The position numbers were made by a program, and so were the translations under genes. The notes beneath the pieces were generated by a model. It saw only the letters and a list, made by a program, of their open reading frames with translations. It had not been told where the DNA came from and made no database searches. A DNA stretch of 64,000 nt from Takakia lepidozioides (Eukaryota > Plantae > Bryophyta): assembly GCA_030704615.1 (NCBI GenBank), contig CM060732.1:55924001-55988000 (forward strand). The letters run 5' to 3'. Positions 13,457 to 25,199 of the stretch are shown one piece after another (positions within the stretch are counted from its first letter, which is position 1; each line of letters begins with the position of its first letter).

Positions 13457-14513
13457 AGGCATTATGATTACTTGTCAAACAACAGGTTTTATGACCAACC
13501 TTAGCTGTTCAGATGAGGCAAGGCCAGAGGTATTCATGGACATTCAGCTTTCATACTGCTAGAGTGAATGGCTGATCAATCCTTGTTTTTGTGCCAACAA
13601 ATTGAAGCTCATCAGGGATGCTTGTCTGGTTGGGGAGGAGAGAGAGGAGAAAGGTACCAAAAATTAAGGTTGTCCATGGTGAGAGAGTGGAAAGGGTACT
13701 CATCTAGTCCCCACAGGAACCAAAACATATGTTAGTGTTGAATGCCTGGAGCTTAGCAACTGATGAAGACCAGCCAGTCAAATGGGTAGCATGGATCAGG
13801 TGAAGTGTGTTTGGAGAACTGTGCTCATCACTAAGCAAGGTGAGTTGATGTCTATTTTTCCTTAAGCACTTACATTACATTGAATTCAAATGATCATGGA
13901 TGCATTTTTTCAGCACCCCTGGGGGACTCATTGGCAGAGAGAATGTAATTTTAATTTATGACAATGCAAGCAGTGTCTCCTTAAAAAGCCAAGATACATG
14001 TCCTTCCATTTTCCACCAAATTGCATTCACTGCATAATAAGTGAAACTATTGTCTCCACAAAGGGTTGCAACCTTCGTCCAATTCTGTTTGGCCATTAGA
14101 GCTTGGAAGTCCTTAACATAGTCATCATACACTGCACACCAGAGAACACCACCCTTGTCTTTGTTCACTGCAGTCCTCACTTATCATAACAAAGACTATC
14201 ACAAAGGCATTTGTGAAGTACATATGAACTAGATATCATACACTGCACACCTGAGAACACCAACCTTGACCTTGTTCAGCATAGTCCTCGCTTATCATAA
14301 CAAAGGCTATTGTGAAACACAGATGAACTAGATATCTGCACAGAAAACAGACCAACTTTTTCTGCAACAGCCTTAAAAAGTGCAGAATGACTCTCAAAAA
14401 TCTGGAGTCCATTCCATTCCATCAATTATAAATGAAGTGACCAATTTGGTGACTAAATGTATTTTAGTGTGAATAATCTTCTCCAGCGACCCCCACATAA
14501 CTCCTGTCCTGCT

Positions 14514-16455
14514 TTAATTGAAAAGGCTGGGGTTTAGCCAATCCCTGTAGAGCCAAGCAAGAGAAGAACAAGTCAGTAAGTAGATTTCACAATGGGGCTG
14601 GGCAGTACTAGGGTTTATTTACCTTGGCCAATTATAGACAACCTTAAAGGCAATGGCAGGTCAGTATGGTATACAGAAAAGAGTAGCACAAAGAAACTGG
14701 AGCACTAAATGCACAGTCTCTCATCACATCACAGCCCCCCCAAAGTGGGTAAAGCAGAAACAAATGCAGCAACTGATAGGGAACCGTACTTGGAAATGTC
14801 ATCCAAGTGCTCATCAAAATCAACCACCAGTTGCTCCCGTTCCTCAGAGATGTAGTCGACCAAAATACTGTTGGCAGTGGCCTCCTTGAGCATCAACTCT
14901 GCAGATCCTGCTTGCCGCCAGGCCCGTGGTGCCTCCCGAATGTAGAGCTTCATACCACAGACCACAGCCAACATCATTTCTCACAGTTACAATCCTCAAT
15001 CATGCACGGAATCTTCCTTTTTGTCAGTCTTGAATTACCTCTTCAACATTGACCTCTACAAAATGCAAACAGACCACAGTGGAATCTTCAGAAATGGTGA
15101 TAATCAGTGCATCACTTACAAGTGCAAGTGAAAGTCTGAACTCACCTGAACCACAGCGCTCTTGCTGCTTCCTTTAGAAAGCGCTCCTAATCGTTTGTTG
15201 TCCAACTGCACAGACAATCTCCCCACCAAGCCGCTTCAAAATCTCAGAGTGACACTGGAGACAAAAACCAATGAAGAGACCAAAGGGGATATGGTACTAA
15301 ACAGTGTGAAGCAAAATGTTGTGTAGACCTCAATCAAGTAACCTCTGCAAGACACACCTTGTGTGCATCTGCAACTGAATGACCACAAGGACAGACCCCT
15401 TCCACAAGCCATGCAGAACCCAAAGCAGCAGCAAGACCCATGGGGGATATGTACCAAGACAACGCAAAATGTTGGGTAGACCTCAATCAAGTAACCTCTG
15501 CAAGAAACACCTTGTGTGCAGCTGCAACTGAATGACTACAAGGACAGACCCCTTCCACAAGCTGTGCAGAACCCAAAGCAGCAGCTAGACCCATGAGGGA
15601 TGAAGATAGATATGTACCAAGACAACGCCTGCATGCGGGAAATAGCGAGCAATATGGTCTCCAATCTTGTGGGCAACCGAGCTCAGATCGTAATCATCAA
15701 ACCGTTCATTGGCATGGTAATATCCTACAATCACTAAGCCCTCCTTCTCCGCTGCCAAATACTCATCCACCTGCAGACAACAGTGTGTTTGTAGCATTAA
15801 GCAGTTTCAACTGCAATAGCAACTTCAATATGTCTGTTGCACTCCACCTTTCAGCCCAAGTGAACACTCACAAGCTAAGTAACCCAATTCTGATCACACC
15901 AACTTCGCAATTGGACGCCCCACAGCAACTCGTCAAGTCCGCAACTCACAAGATGGAAGGAAAATGACTGGGATCCTCGCAAAATTTGAGATCCAGTCCC
16001 TAAACCTACCAGGTTTTGGAACCCAATCCCGAACTTGACACAGCTCATGAATTCGCACGACGGTCTGGTCAAAGGAGTTGCGGTCGGATTCAAGAGCACC
16101 CATGTAGATAGCATGATGCTGATTTAGCACTACTACTCTAGCACTCTACATCAGAAAGACAGCAAAACAGACAGAGAGATACCTGAGTGAGAGCAAGCTC
16201 AAACATGGGCAGGAGACCAAGTTGCCCGTGGAATAGAGGAATGGAATCGACGATTTCTACAGTCACACTCCCGCCCGCCGCGCCATTAGCTGCGGCAGGC
16301 CCAGTAGTAGATGACAGAGAGGCCGCGGATGATGGACCCCTGCTCACTCGCCCGATCAATACTCCATTCACCGCACTTGTCTTATGCTTCAGAGCATGGA
16401 GTACCAGCTTCACATACGCAGTTTGAGCCATCTCATACCTTACGCTTCCCACCAT
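14514..16455 (-). CDS. EMC8/9: ER membrane protein complex subunit 8/9 homolog (UPF0172), 5 exons, 224 aa
   Basis: Exons 16455-16183, 15770-15618, 15205-15146, 14947-14790, 14544-14514 join in frame. Motifs: AYVKLVLHALKH..AVNGVLIG, IVDSIPLFH, IVGYYHANER, VDFDEHLDDISKDWLNP. Confidence 0.93.
15312..15627. repeat. ~155-bp tandem duplication in EMC8/9 intron 2
   Basis: CAAAATGTTG(T/G)GTAGACCTCAATCAAGTAACCTCTGC...GATATGTACCAAGACAACG occurs twice head-to-tail. Confidence 0.85.
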
Positions 16456-16959
16456 CGCCCCAATTTGAAGTTCAAGATCGTTACCTCAACTTGAAAGGAT
16501 CTCTTCCAGGAAAGGCACGCTGAGCCTCCAATGACAACCCCCTAATTGGGTCTCCCGCATGCGCAACAAATCAAGAGCCTGGAACCCTACTCTTCAAAAG
16601 ATTGAGACGAAGTGAGAACGTGGCATCAAGGGACGAAATGAAATGTAGTAGAGCACACGATGAGGCATCACCCTAACAAAACACACGGAGACAGAATCCC
16701 TATATTAAAAAAGAATGAGACAAAGTGAGTACTTGGCAGAAAGGTACACAGTGCTGAAATGTTAAGAACCCTGTCAGGAATCTTTGTTTCTCACTACCTC
16801 ACACAAGCAATCGCAGGAGACTGCCTTGCAAGAATGATGATTTTGCTGTTGGGCAGACAAGAAAGAGAAGAGAGCCCATGGATGAATGCTTGGCTTGGAA
16901 GTGCGATGGAATAAATGTATTTGTACCACGTACTTTTACCTTGTGCGCATGGTATGTAT

Positions 16960-17653
16960 CAGTGTTGTTCTGGTATCAGTGTTAGGACATACCAGACTTG
17001 GTCCTGGTACCAGACGTATCACAAAAAATTTATACCAGTCTGGTCTATATAATGGTGGATGTATAATTCTCTACATACTGGTATGAGTATGAGTATCATG
17101 ACCACAATACCAGCTGGTACGAGATATCAATTCTGGTATCATTCCAAAGCCATCTTGAATTACAAGTTTATCACTAGCAAGTATCAAGTGAAAACAAATA
17201 CAATATAAATAAAGAAATAAATATACATAAGTACAAGTATGTAGGCATATATACACATAAATTAATATAGTATACATACCAGAGTAAATGAGGAAGACGG
17301 CGGGGAAGTACTGGTATTGAGGCTGGTATGAAAAAACTGATACCAGCCTGGTCTGGTATATGACCCAGTATTCTCCCAAATGATACCAGACTGGGTGGGT
17401 ACTGATCGCACATCGACCTGCCGGTCTGCGGTTCAATCCGTTGCCAAGCCTCAGTTTTGATTATTTGATTAAGACACAAATATATGAAGGCGGAGTACAT
17501 ACAGTACTCTACGGCCCTGTACTGTAAACCGTAAATATGAGGAGCCGCCATACGCGTGGTACGAAACTGGCGGGGAGGAGGTCTGGTATCTAATACCAGT
17601 GCATATACCAGTATTTTCTACCAGTCCTTCACCTATATACCACACCAACACTG
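16960..17653. mobile_element. hAT-family MITE
   Basis: Termini CAGTGTTG...CAACACTG; perfect 8-bp TSD GTATGTAT (16952-16959 and 17654-17661); many internal TGGTAT/ATACCA subterminal motifs. Confidence 0.85.
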
Positions 17654-17795
17654 GTATGTATACGTTTTCCCGCCAACTAGACTTGCCAGCATTTCTTCAA
17701 AACATTGCTGGCAGATACATCAGAATTTGATCCAAGGTGTAGAGTAGACAGGAGGAGTGGATTCTTTCTCTATCGCGTTCTGAGATTGTTGGACC

Positions 17796-20438
17796 ATGGC
17801 CACAGGTGTCAATGTCCAGAATGGACGGGAAAAAGTACAAGGGAGTGTGGGCGTGGTGCGTGGTAGTGAAGGGATTGCGGAGCTTCACCAAAAAGAGAGT
17901 GCAATTCACTTGCTTCCGTGTTGCATCAATCACACAGGTCCCGCTGCAGTCTCCGTGTATTTTAAACCCAAAGATGCTGGTAAGCCGTACATGATTTTTT
18001 CCCTTCCAGTGGTGGATCGTTTAATTGCCTGGTGGGTTGATTCACCCTAGATCTGTGAGGAACTTTGCAGCTGGACAGTATCATATGGAAAGTCGACAAA
18101 CGTTGTCCCCAAATTCAAGACATTGAGTTACCAGCAGGAAACTCTCGTGGACTAATCTGGTTGGGATATCTTTGTTGTTTGGCTCTTAGATAGGGCAATC
18201 CTGTCAGAGTGGGCCTGGTTGTCGTCGGAGCTTTAGTGTTCAGGTGTGGATGCTGTGCTTTCAGATTCAGCGGTACTCAAACATAATGAATTTAGGTTAG
18301 AAAGAAGGAAAGAAAGAAGTTTATTACATCCCCAAGGGACAGAGAACAGAAAGAGAACCAAAGAGGCCTCTTCTTTTGAGGATGAGAGAGAAAATTGCTG
18401 TCCTTTGTGCCCCACAGCGTGTTGACGTTAATCTAGAAGAGTTTCTCCAGACCTCCTACGTGGTCGCATTAAAAAGGATTGAGCTAAGTAGTGCTTAGTG
18501 CAAAATCACCTAGAAATAGGAATGGAGCCAACGGTTTGATCCCATGGGCATCGGTGCAGGGATCAGCGAGGAAGGCATCGAAATGAAGGAGGCAGCGTTT
18601 AGAGGAAGAAGATTGATGGGGTCTACTCTCAAAATTCCAGATGGTTACTCTGGTGCGCGTCAGTCTCTCAGTCTTCCAGTCTCTCTCTCTCCATTACCAA
18701 TTCTCCATTTCACACAGCAGATTGATGTTTGTGTGAAGGGATTTCTAGAGGATATCTGGAAAACTCGGATCAATTGTCTGTTTCAAGGTAAGTCATACTA
18801 CCAGCGTCAGCCCCTGACAAAGGTAGTTTCTGTCCCTTTGTATTCTGCTCAAACTGGTCGCGGATTCAATGGTCACAAGGCTACGGCAAACAATGTCCAT
18901 TATCAATTGCCAATTATATATTGAATGTTGCTGCACTTGTGCTCTGTCCACACAGAGAGCAATATATATGTCCAAGTTAGAAAGCAGGCAGCCCTAGAGC
19001 ATTTTGAGACAACCATAATAGGCCCTGCCCCCCGCAATCTGAATCCACTTCCAGGGTTTCCACCTACTTCAGCCAAGAGTTGCTAATGCAAGATTGGAGA
19101 TAATATCAGATAAGTCAACATATTCATTTGACTTGTCTGGCTATAATCTTGTGGCAATACATGAAAAAGGAGGACAGGAGGGAGGATAAATGGAGGAGAG
19201 CAGAATGAGACCCGTTAACTCCAGTTGATACCTGTAATCCTTGGTTGATTCGCGCCTTCCAGGGTTTTTTCTTTCAAGAAAGCTCTCACCATAGCATTCT
19301 GCCAAAATTAGGTCCTAAGGCATATTAGGTAACCTAAGAGAAGGAGAAAGAGGATGTAGTAAAAACAATGCTTCCTATTCCAGAGCCTGCAGAGAGCCCT
19401 GCTACATGTAACCTCTTCTAGTCAGGTGAGAGTCGCAATTTCATTCTGATTCCAATTGCATATCTAGGAAACATGCAGGGTTTGTAGTAAAGAAGGAACA
19501 GAATCGCGCCACAGAGGGACGGAGTGCGATGGCTAGTCATTCAGAGGAGGATGAGTTTGAAGAGTGGGAAGCGGACTTAGCCTTTCAAGACTTGACTTAC
19601 TGGAACCATGACACCCAGCCTACATCAGCTGATTTACTCCGCTCTACTTTTGATTGGCTCCCTCTTTCCACATCTGTGAGCTTTCCTCCCCTTCTCTTTC
19701 TGGCTTGTTCACCTTTGTCAGGTTTGATACTTGCATTGATTACCCTTTGCCAAAATTGTCTTCCTTTTCTGCCCTCCTTGTTCTAATGAAAAGGTGTCTG
19801 CCTTCAAAATGTATGCCCCAAATGACCGGGACTTCCGTGTTTTGGAATTCAAACTACAACAGTGAACGTCACTATGTTGTGGGCCTGGGGGGTTTTGGTG
19901 CTCTGACATCACCTTCTTCCCCTCGTTTTTTGTTTTAAGACGTTGCTTCCTATTGTTAGGTGCGTAGATTGCGGCATTCCACACACGTCATTTGAGGAAT
20001 TAATCTGAAGTGGCCCTAGGCATCATTGATCTTGAGTGTAACATGTTCATATAGTTTGACACTTAGGACCTTGTTAGGGTAGAATGTTGCTGAACTCAGA
20101 AGAACTGGAATGGTCCCCTTCCATGTCTAAGATCAAGAGAATGGGAGCGATGTAACAATCGATTACTTGCAACCTTTAGTTTTGCCAACATTACGAGGAT
20201 TTCATATGGCACCTCTCTGCACGTGCTTATGCACAATCTGACTGCAATTGTGGGCGCCAACCAGATCCATGGGAGCATTTCATCTGATGAAGTTCAAGTC
20301 ATGGGTGAAGAGCAAGGCATTTTACCAGGTAGCGCCTCATATGTTCCCACTAGCACAAATGCTTTCATTGGCTGTTTGTTACAACTAATGGGCTCAATAA
20401 CATCGTGGGGCCTCTCCCACGAACTCAGCCCAGAATAG
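17796..20438 (+). CDS. RNASEH2C: Ribonuclease H2 subunit C (3' end uncertain)
   Basis: Exons 17796-17979, 18560-18652, 19479-19675 and from 20265. Motifs: IHLLPCCINHTGPAAVSVYFKP, EAAFRGRRLMG..LKIPDGYSGFVV, FQDLTYWNHDTQPTSAD..FDWL, IHGSIS. The last exon either reads to the stop at 20438 or splices (~20328) to a short exon ending 20783. Confidence 0.85.
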
Positions 20439-22232
20439 TGAACTTCTCTGTCACAACCTATACCAATCAACTGAATCATATCAAATCAAATTAAATCAAA
20501 TGCATGATTCTCAATACCACTCTGCTCTCTGATTGTCCAGCTTCAGATAGCTGTCAAACAGTGTCTGAAACTTCAGCCTTTTATAGGGGCAGAGTCCTTG
20601 GTTGAGGAAGCATGGCGGTAAGGGTAGGTTGATATATGGCTCTACTCATGTTTCATCAGAGTGCCAGGATTAATTGCACAGATTTTTCAACTTCTGCTTA
20701 TTTGGAGTAAACTGACATTGGTGCAATTGGCCTGGGGTAGAGCAGCTGCGCAAGGAGCGAAGAGGAAATCAACTCTTGGCTGAGACTTACAAAGCTTTCA
20801 TATGCCTTTCAGAGCCAATGTTTGACCCTCTTTGTATCCCTCCTTGCTTCTTATGAATCCACCCATTTTCTTCCTTCCATTAAAGGAAGCTGCATTGCAT
20901 CTGTATGGCCAGAAGATGAAGGTTGGCTGACAATAGCAACACCTCTTCAGCCTACACCGACTTTAAGTTGATTTTGACCAAGCCAATCTATGAGGTTTAT
21001 TGAAAGTCACATTTAAGAATGACACCCGCCGACATTCTATTGCCCCAACATTTCAGGGCTCGTTTCAAGCAGCTGCTCGTAAGTGTAAACAAAGGCATTT
21101 TATTACCTCTCATTTGTGTCCCTGGAGAGAGGAGTATATTGGGTGTTATTAGGAGAGTACCGTAGTTTCCCCAAAAACTACATGCCAAGATGTCAGCGTG
21201 AAGGCCTATGCTGTTCTTATATACATACAGCCTTGCATGAAGTCTGAAGTTTACCCTCAGAGCTTGCAAAGCTGATTCTTATCAACTTGCATTGCCTTCT
21301 ACCCAAAGGACTGTGCCTTGATTCATTACTCAAACCCCCAACCCCCATCAGAGGTGCTGTTGGAGAGAACCACCTGATAGCATTCTGCCGAAACTGTTGA
21401 CTGATCAAACCAGACAAGAAATGGGATGATAAAGAAATAGTTGAGAGGAAATTGTTGCCTCACGCAATTTTCTACGCGGCAAGGCACAAACACCCATTTA
21501 TTGGGCGAGCTGTTGAATGAGGTCCGGGGGGATGACTAATTGAAGGCTCTGCTTCTCTTGCATTCATCTTTGACTCACTTGGACATGGGGTCTGTCTCCA
21601 CAGTTGTCGTCGATCTCTGGAAGCACAGAGATGATTCTGAGCTCGCAGGAGGGGACATACCAAAGGAAATTTCTTCTCCTTGCGTCAAAGGGGAGGGAAG
21701 CCCCACATCATGGAGCAGATTGTCGGAACCGGGTTTGGAGCTGAAATGGGAAGCCAGCTTAGGAATGCAGGGCCTCGTATTCTTGACAGGGATAAATATG
21801 ACGCCTTTCCAGCCTCGATCCCTCTTCATGTCCCCTGGATCTGTACGTGTATGGACAACACGGGTAGCGGAGAAAGGTATAATATGGGAATCTTTGCGTG
21901 TTTTTGGATTGGGTGTGTACAGAGTTTGAGCTTGCTCGATTTCTTCTTGAGGAGCAGTACAACCACATTTGTCGGGGAATTTTAGTCACGGTTGTATTGC
22001 ACGTGATGTGATACCGTTGTCCTCCTTCCACCCTCCCTGAGGATGAGCTGAAACTCCTGACATGTATATATTGCCTTTCCATCATTGCATGGCAGAGAGA
22101 CCGAGACAGATACTGGGTAACCTCTTTTACAGGGCACACTATACGGGATAATTGAAAAGGCCCTCATAAGCTTTGTAGGCAGCAATTCTCTTCTTCTCCG
22201 ACGGGCTATGTGAGATCTGCCCTCTAAACAAG

Positions 22233-25199
22233 ATGAAGGGCAGCAACATGTTTTCCCACGCAGAACACAAAATGCTGTACTCTAGACATTCTGCAAGCAA
22301 TCTATCGAACATGACGATGAAGTCTTGGGTTGGGATTCAAACCAAGATGCTGGTTGGGCAGAAGACTCTGGGGATGGATTTGAGTTTTAGCAGGGGCACG
22401 AGTGCCACTTCTTTTCATGGAGGGCAGCGACAAAGATCTCCAGAGAGTAAGGAAAACAGCAACTACAGTTGGGGGGATGTGAGCAAATTGGGCACGGAGG
22501 GACAATTGAAGGGGGCAGTGCACATTCTGGATCTCATGGAGCAACGAGGTTTTGGGGCATACTTAGATGCTTGTGCTCATCTCTTGCAGGGGTGTGCTAG
22601 GATACAATCCCTGGCAGCCGGGAAAGGGGTCCATGCCCACATAATTAAAAGTGGATTTGAGCCAGACATTTTCGTTGGAAATTGTCTTATCAGCATGTAT
22701 TGCAAGTGCAGGAGTATTGTGGATGCTTGGAAAGTGTTCGACAAAATGCCCAAAAGGAATGTTATCTCATGGAATTCGATGATTACAGGATTTGCTCAAC
22801 ATGGTCATGTTAAGCAGGCACTTGAACTATTTCAGAAAATGTTGGGGGAAGGTGTGAGGCCAAATAAGGTCACATTCATGAGCATCCTCAATGCATGTGC
22901 CAGCCCAATAGCTCTGGAACAGGGAAAATGTCTGCATGAAGGGATCGTCAATGCTGGATTTGAGTCAGATGTCAAAGTGGGGACTGCCCTAGTGAGCATG
23001 TATTGCAAGTGTGGGAGTGTGGCAGCTGCCCAACGAGTATTCTTCAAAATGCCTGAACGAAATGCGGTCTCATGGAATGCGATGATTGCTGGACTCGCTC
23101 AACAAGGGCACGCTGAGGAGGCATTCAAATTCTATGCGCAAATGCAAGGGGAAGGCGTGAAGCCAGACAAGGTCACTTTCATGAGCATTCTCAATGCATG
23201 TGCTAGCCCCACAGTCCTGGAACAGGGAAGATGGGTTCATGCCAGCATTGTCAACGCTGGATTGGAGTCAGATGGCCAATTAGGGAGTGCCCTTGTCAGC
23301 ATGTACAGCAAATGTGGAAGTGTGGTGGAGGGGCGCCAATGTTTTGACCAAATGCCCAAGCGAGATGTGATCTCATGGACTGCAATGATTACTGGATCTG
23401 CTCAGCATGGACAGGGAGAGGAGGCTTTTGAACTGTTTCGCCAAATGGAAAGACAAGGCATAAAGGCCGACAGGGTCACGTTTATCAGCATTATGCACGC
23501 CTGTGCCAGCCCATCAGCTTTGGAACAGGGCAAGTGGCTCCATGCTGGCATTGTCAATGCTGGATTTGAGTCAGATGTCCAGGTAGGGAATTCCCTTGTG
23601 AACATGTATTGCAAGTGCGGGAGTGTGGTGGATGCGCGGCAAGTGTTTGACAAAATGCCTTGTCGGGATTTGATCACATGGACTGCCATCATTGCTGGAT
23701 CTGCTCAATACGGTCAGGGTGAGGACGCATTGGAACTCTATTGGCAAATGCAAAGAGAAGGCATCAAGGCAGACAAAGTCACTTTCATCAGCATCCTCAA
23801 TGCATGTTCAAGCCCTGTAGCTCTGGAACAGGGCAAGTGTCTTCATGCTGACATCATCCAAGCTGGATTGGAGTCAGATGTCCGAGTGGGGACTGCCCTT
23901 GTCAGCATGTATTGCAAGTGTGGAAGTGTGGTAGGTGCACGCCAAGTCTTTGAAACAATGCCTGTTCGAGACGTCATCGTATGGAATGTGCTAATTGCTG
24001 GGTTAGCTGAGAATAGTCATGGTGAGGAGGCTTTGGAACTCTTTCAAACAATGCAAAGAGAAGGTGTGAAGCCCGATACAGTCACTTTCATCAGCATTCT
24101 CAGTGCATGCGCCAACCTAGCAGCCCTGGAAGAGGGCAAGTCAGTCCATGCACACATCATCAAATCTGGATCTCAGTCAGATATTTGCATGGGGACTGCC
24201 CTTGTGGACATGTATGCCAAGTGTGGAAGTTTGAAGGATGCACATGAAGTGTTTGACAAAATTGTAAAGCAAGACACAGTCTCATGGAATGCAATAATTA
24301 CAGGACATGCCCAGCATGGGCATGGTAAGGAGGCCCTCCAACTATTTGAGCAAATGCAATGGGAAGGGGTGAAACCAAACAGTGTCACATTTGTTGGTGT
24401 TCTCTCTGCTTGCACCCGTGTGGGCCTTGTGGATGAAGGCGATCATTACTTCCTCTCCATGGGAGAAGATCATGGCATCATACCCACACAGGAGCATTAT
24501 GGCTGTATGGTTGACCTTCTTGGCCGGGCTGGGAGATTGAGTGAGGCAGAGGAGTTCATAAACAAAATGCCACTTGAACCAGATGCTCGGGTGTGGGGCG
24601 CCTTGCTTGGTGCATGTAGAATCCATGGCAATGTTCAGCTAGCGGAACGAGCTGCAGAATATGTTCTCAAGTTAGAACCGGACAATGCCTCAGTGTATGT
24701 GCTGCTTTCGAACATCTATGCTGCATTTGGCAGGTGGGAAGCTGTAGCGAAGGTGAGAAAAGCAATGAATTACAGAGGTGTGACAAAGGAGCCAGGGCGC
24801 AGCTGGATTGAAGTCAATAACAGGCTACATACATTTGTTGTAGAAGATAGATCACACCCCACAGCAGATGAGATCTATGCAGAGTTGAAGAGCTTGACTC
24901 GGCAGATGAAGGAGGCGGGATATGTGCCAGACACAAGCTTTGTATTGCAGGATGTGGATCAGCAAACGAAAGAACGGTCTCTGTGCCACCACAGTGAGAA
25001 GCTGGCCATTTCTTTTGGGCTCATCAGCACACCCCCTGGGACACCTATCCGCATAAGCAAGAACCTCCGGGTCTGTGGTGATTGCCACACCGCCAGCAAG
25101 TTCATGTCTAAGATTGTTGGGCGAGAAATTGTTGCAAGGGACTCGAGCCGTTTTCATCACTTCAAGAATGGAGTGTGTTCTTGTGGGGATTTTTGGTGA
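22233..25199 (+). CDS. PLS-class pentatricopeptide repeat protein with E1/E2/DYW domain (organellar C-to-U editing factor), 988 aa
   Basis: Uninterrupted ORF of repeated L-S-P triplets, PG box KEPGRSWIEV, deaminase motifs HSEKLA and CGDCH, C-terminus CSCGDFW. The true start codon is uncertain. Confidence 0.95.
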   Translation: MKGSNMFSHAEHKMLYSRHSASNLSNMTMKSWVGIQTKMLVGQKTLGMDLSFSRGTSATSFHGGQRQRSPESKENSNYSWGDVSKLGTEGQLKGAVHILDLMEQRGFGAYLDACAHLLQGCARIQSLAAGKGVHAHIIKSGFEPDIFVGNCLISMYCKCRSIVDAWKVFDKMPKRNVISWNSMITGFAQHGHVKQALELFQKMLGEGVRPNKVTFMSILNACASPIALEQGKCLHEGIVNAGFESDVKVGTALVSMYCKCGSVAAAQRVFFKMPERNAVSWNAMIAGLAQQGHAEEAFKFYAQMQGEGVKPDKVTFMSILNACASPTVLEQGRWVHASIVNAGLESDGQLGSALVSMYSKCGSVVEGRQCFDQMPKRDVISWTAMITGSAQHGQGEEAFELFRQMERQGIKADRVTFISIMHACASPSALEQGKWLHAGIVNAGFESDVQVGNSLVNMYCKCGSVVDARQVFDKMPCRDLITWTAIIAGSAQYGQGEDALELYWQMQREGIKADKVTFISILNACSSPVALEQGKCLHADIIQAGLESDVRVGTALVSMYCKCGSVVGARQVFETMPVRDVIVWNVLIAGLAENSHGEEALELFQTMQREGVKPDTVTFISILSACANLAALEEGKSVHAHIIKSGSQSDICMGTALVDMYAKCGSLKDAHEVFDKIVKQDTVSWNAIITGHAQHGHGKEALQLFEQMQWEGVKPNSVTFVGVLSACTRVGLVDEGDHYFLSMGEDHGIIPTQEHYGCMVDLLGRAGRLSEAEEFINKMPLEPDARVWGALLGACRIHGNVQLAERAAEYVLKLEPDNASVYVLLSNIYAAFGRWEAVAKVRKAMNYRGVTKEPGRSWIEVNNRLHTFVVEDRSHPTADEIYAELKSLTRQMKEAGYVPDTSFVLQDVDQQTKERSLCHHSEKLAISFGLISTPPGTPIRISKNLRVCGDCHTASKFMSKIVGREIVARDSSRFHHFKNGVCSCGDFW

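Noticed and set aside
21540-21985. Separate gene or upstream coding exon of the PPR
   Set aside because: No recognisable domain, and I could not establish an in-frame splice to 22233; may be 5' leader.
22302-25160. Antisense ORFs over the PPR gene
   Set aside because: By-products of the repetitive sense coding frame.
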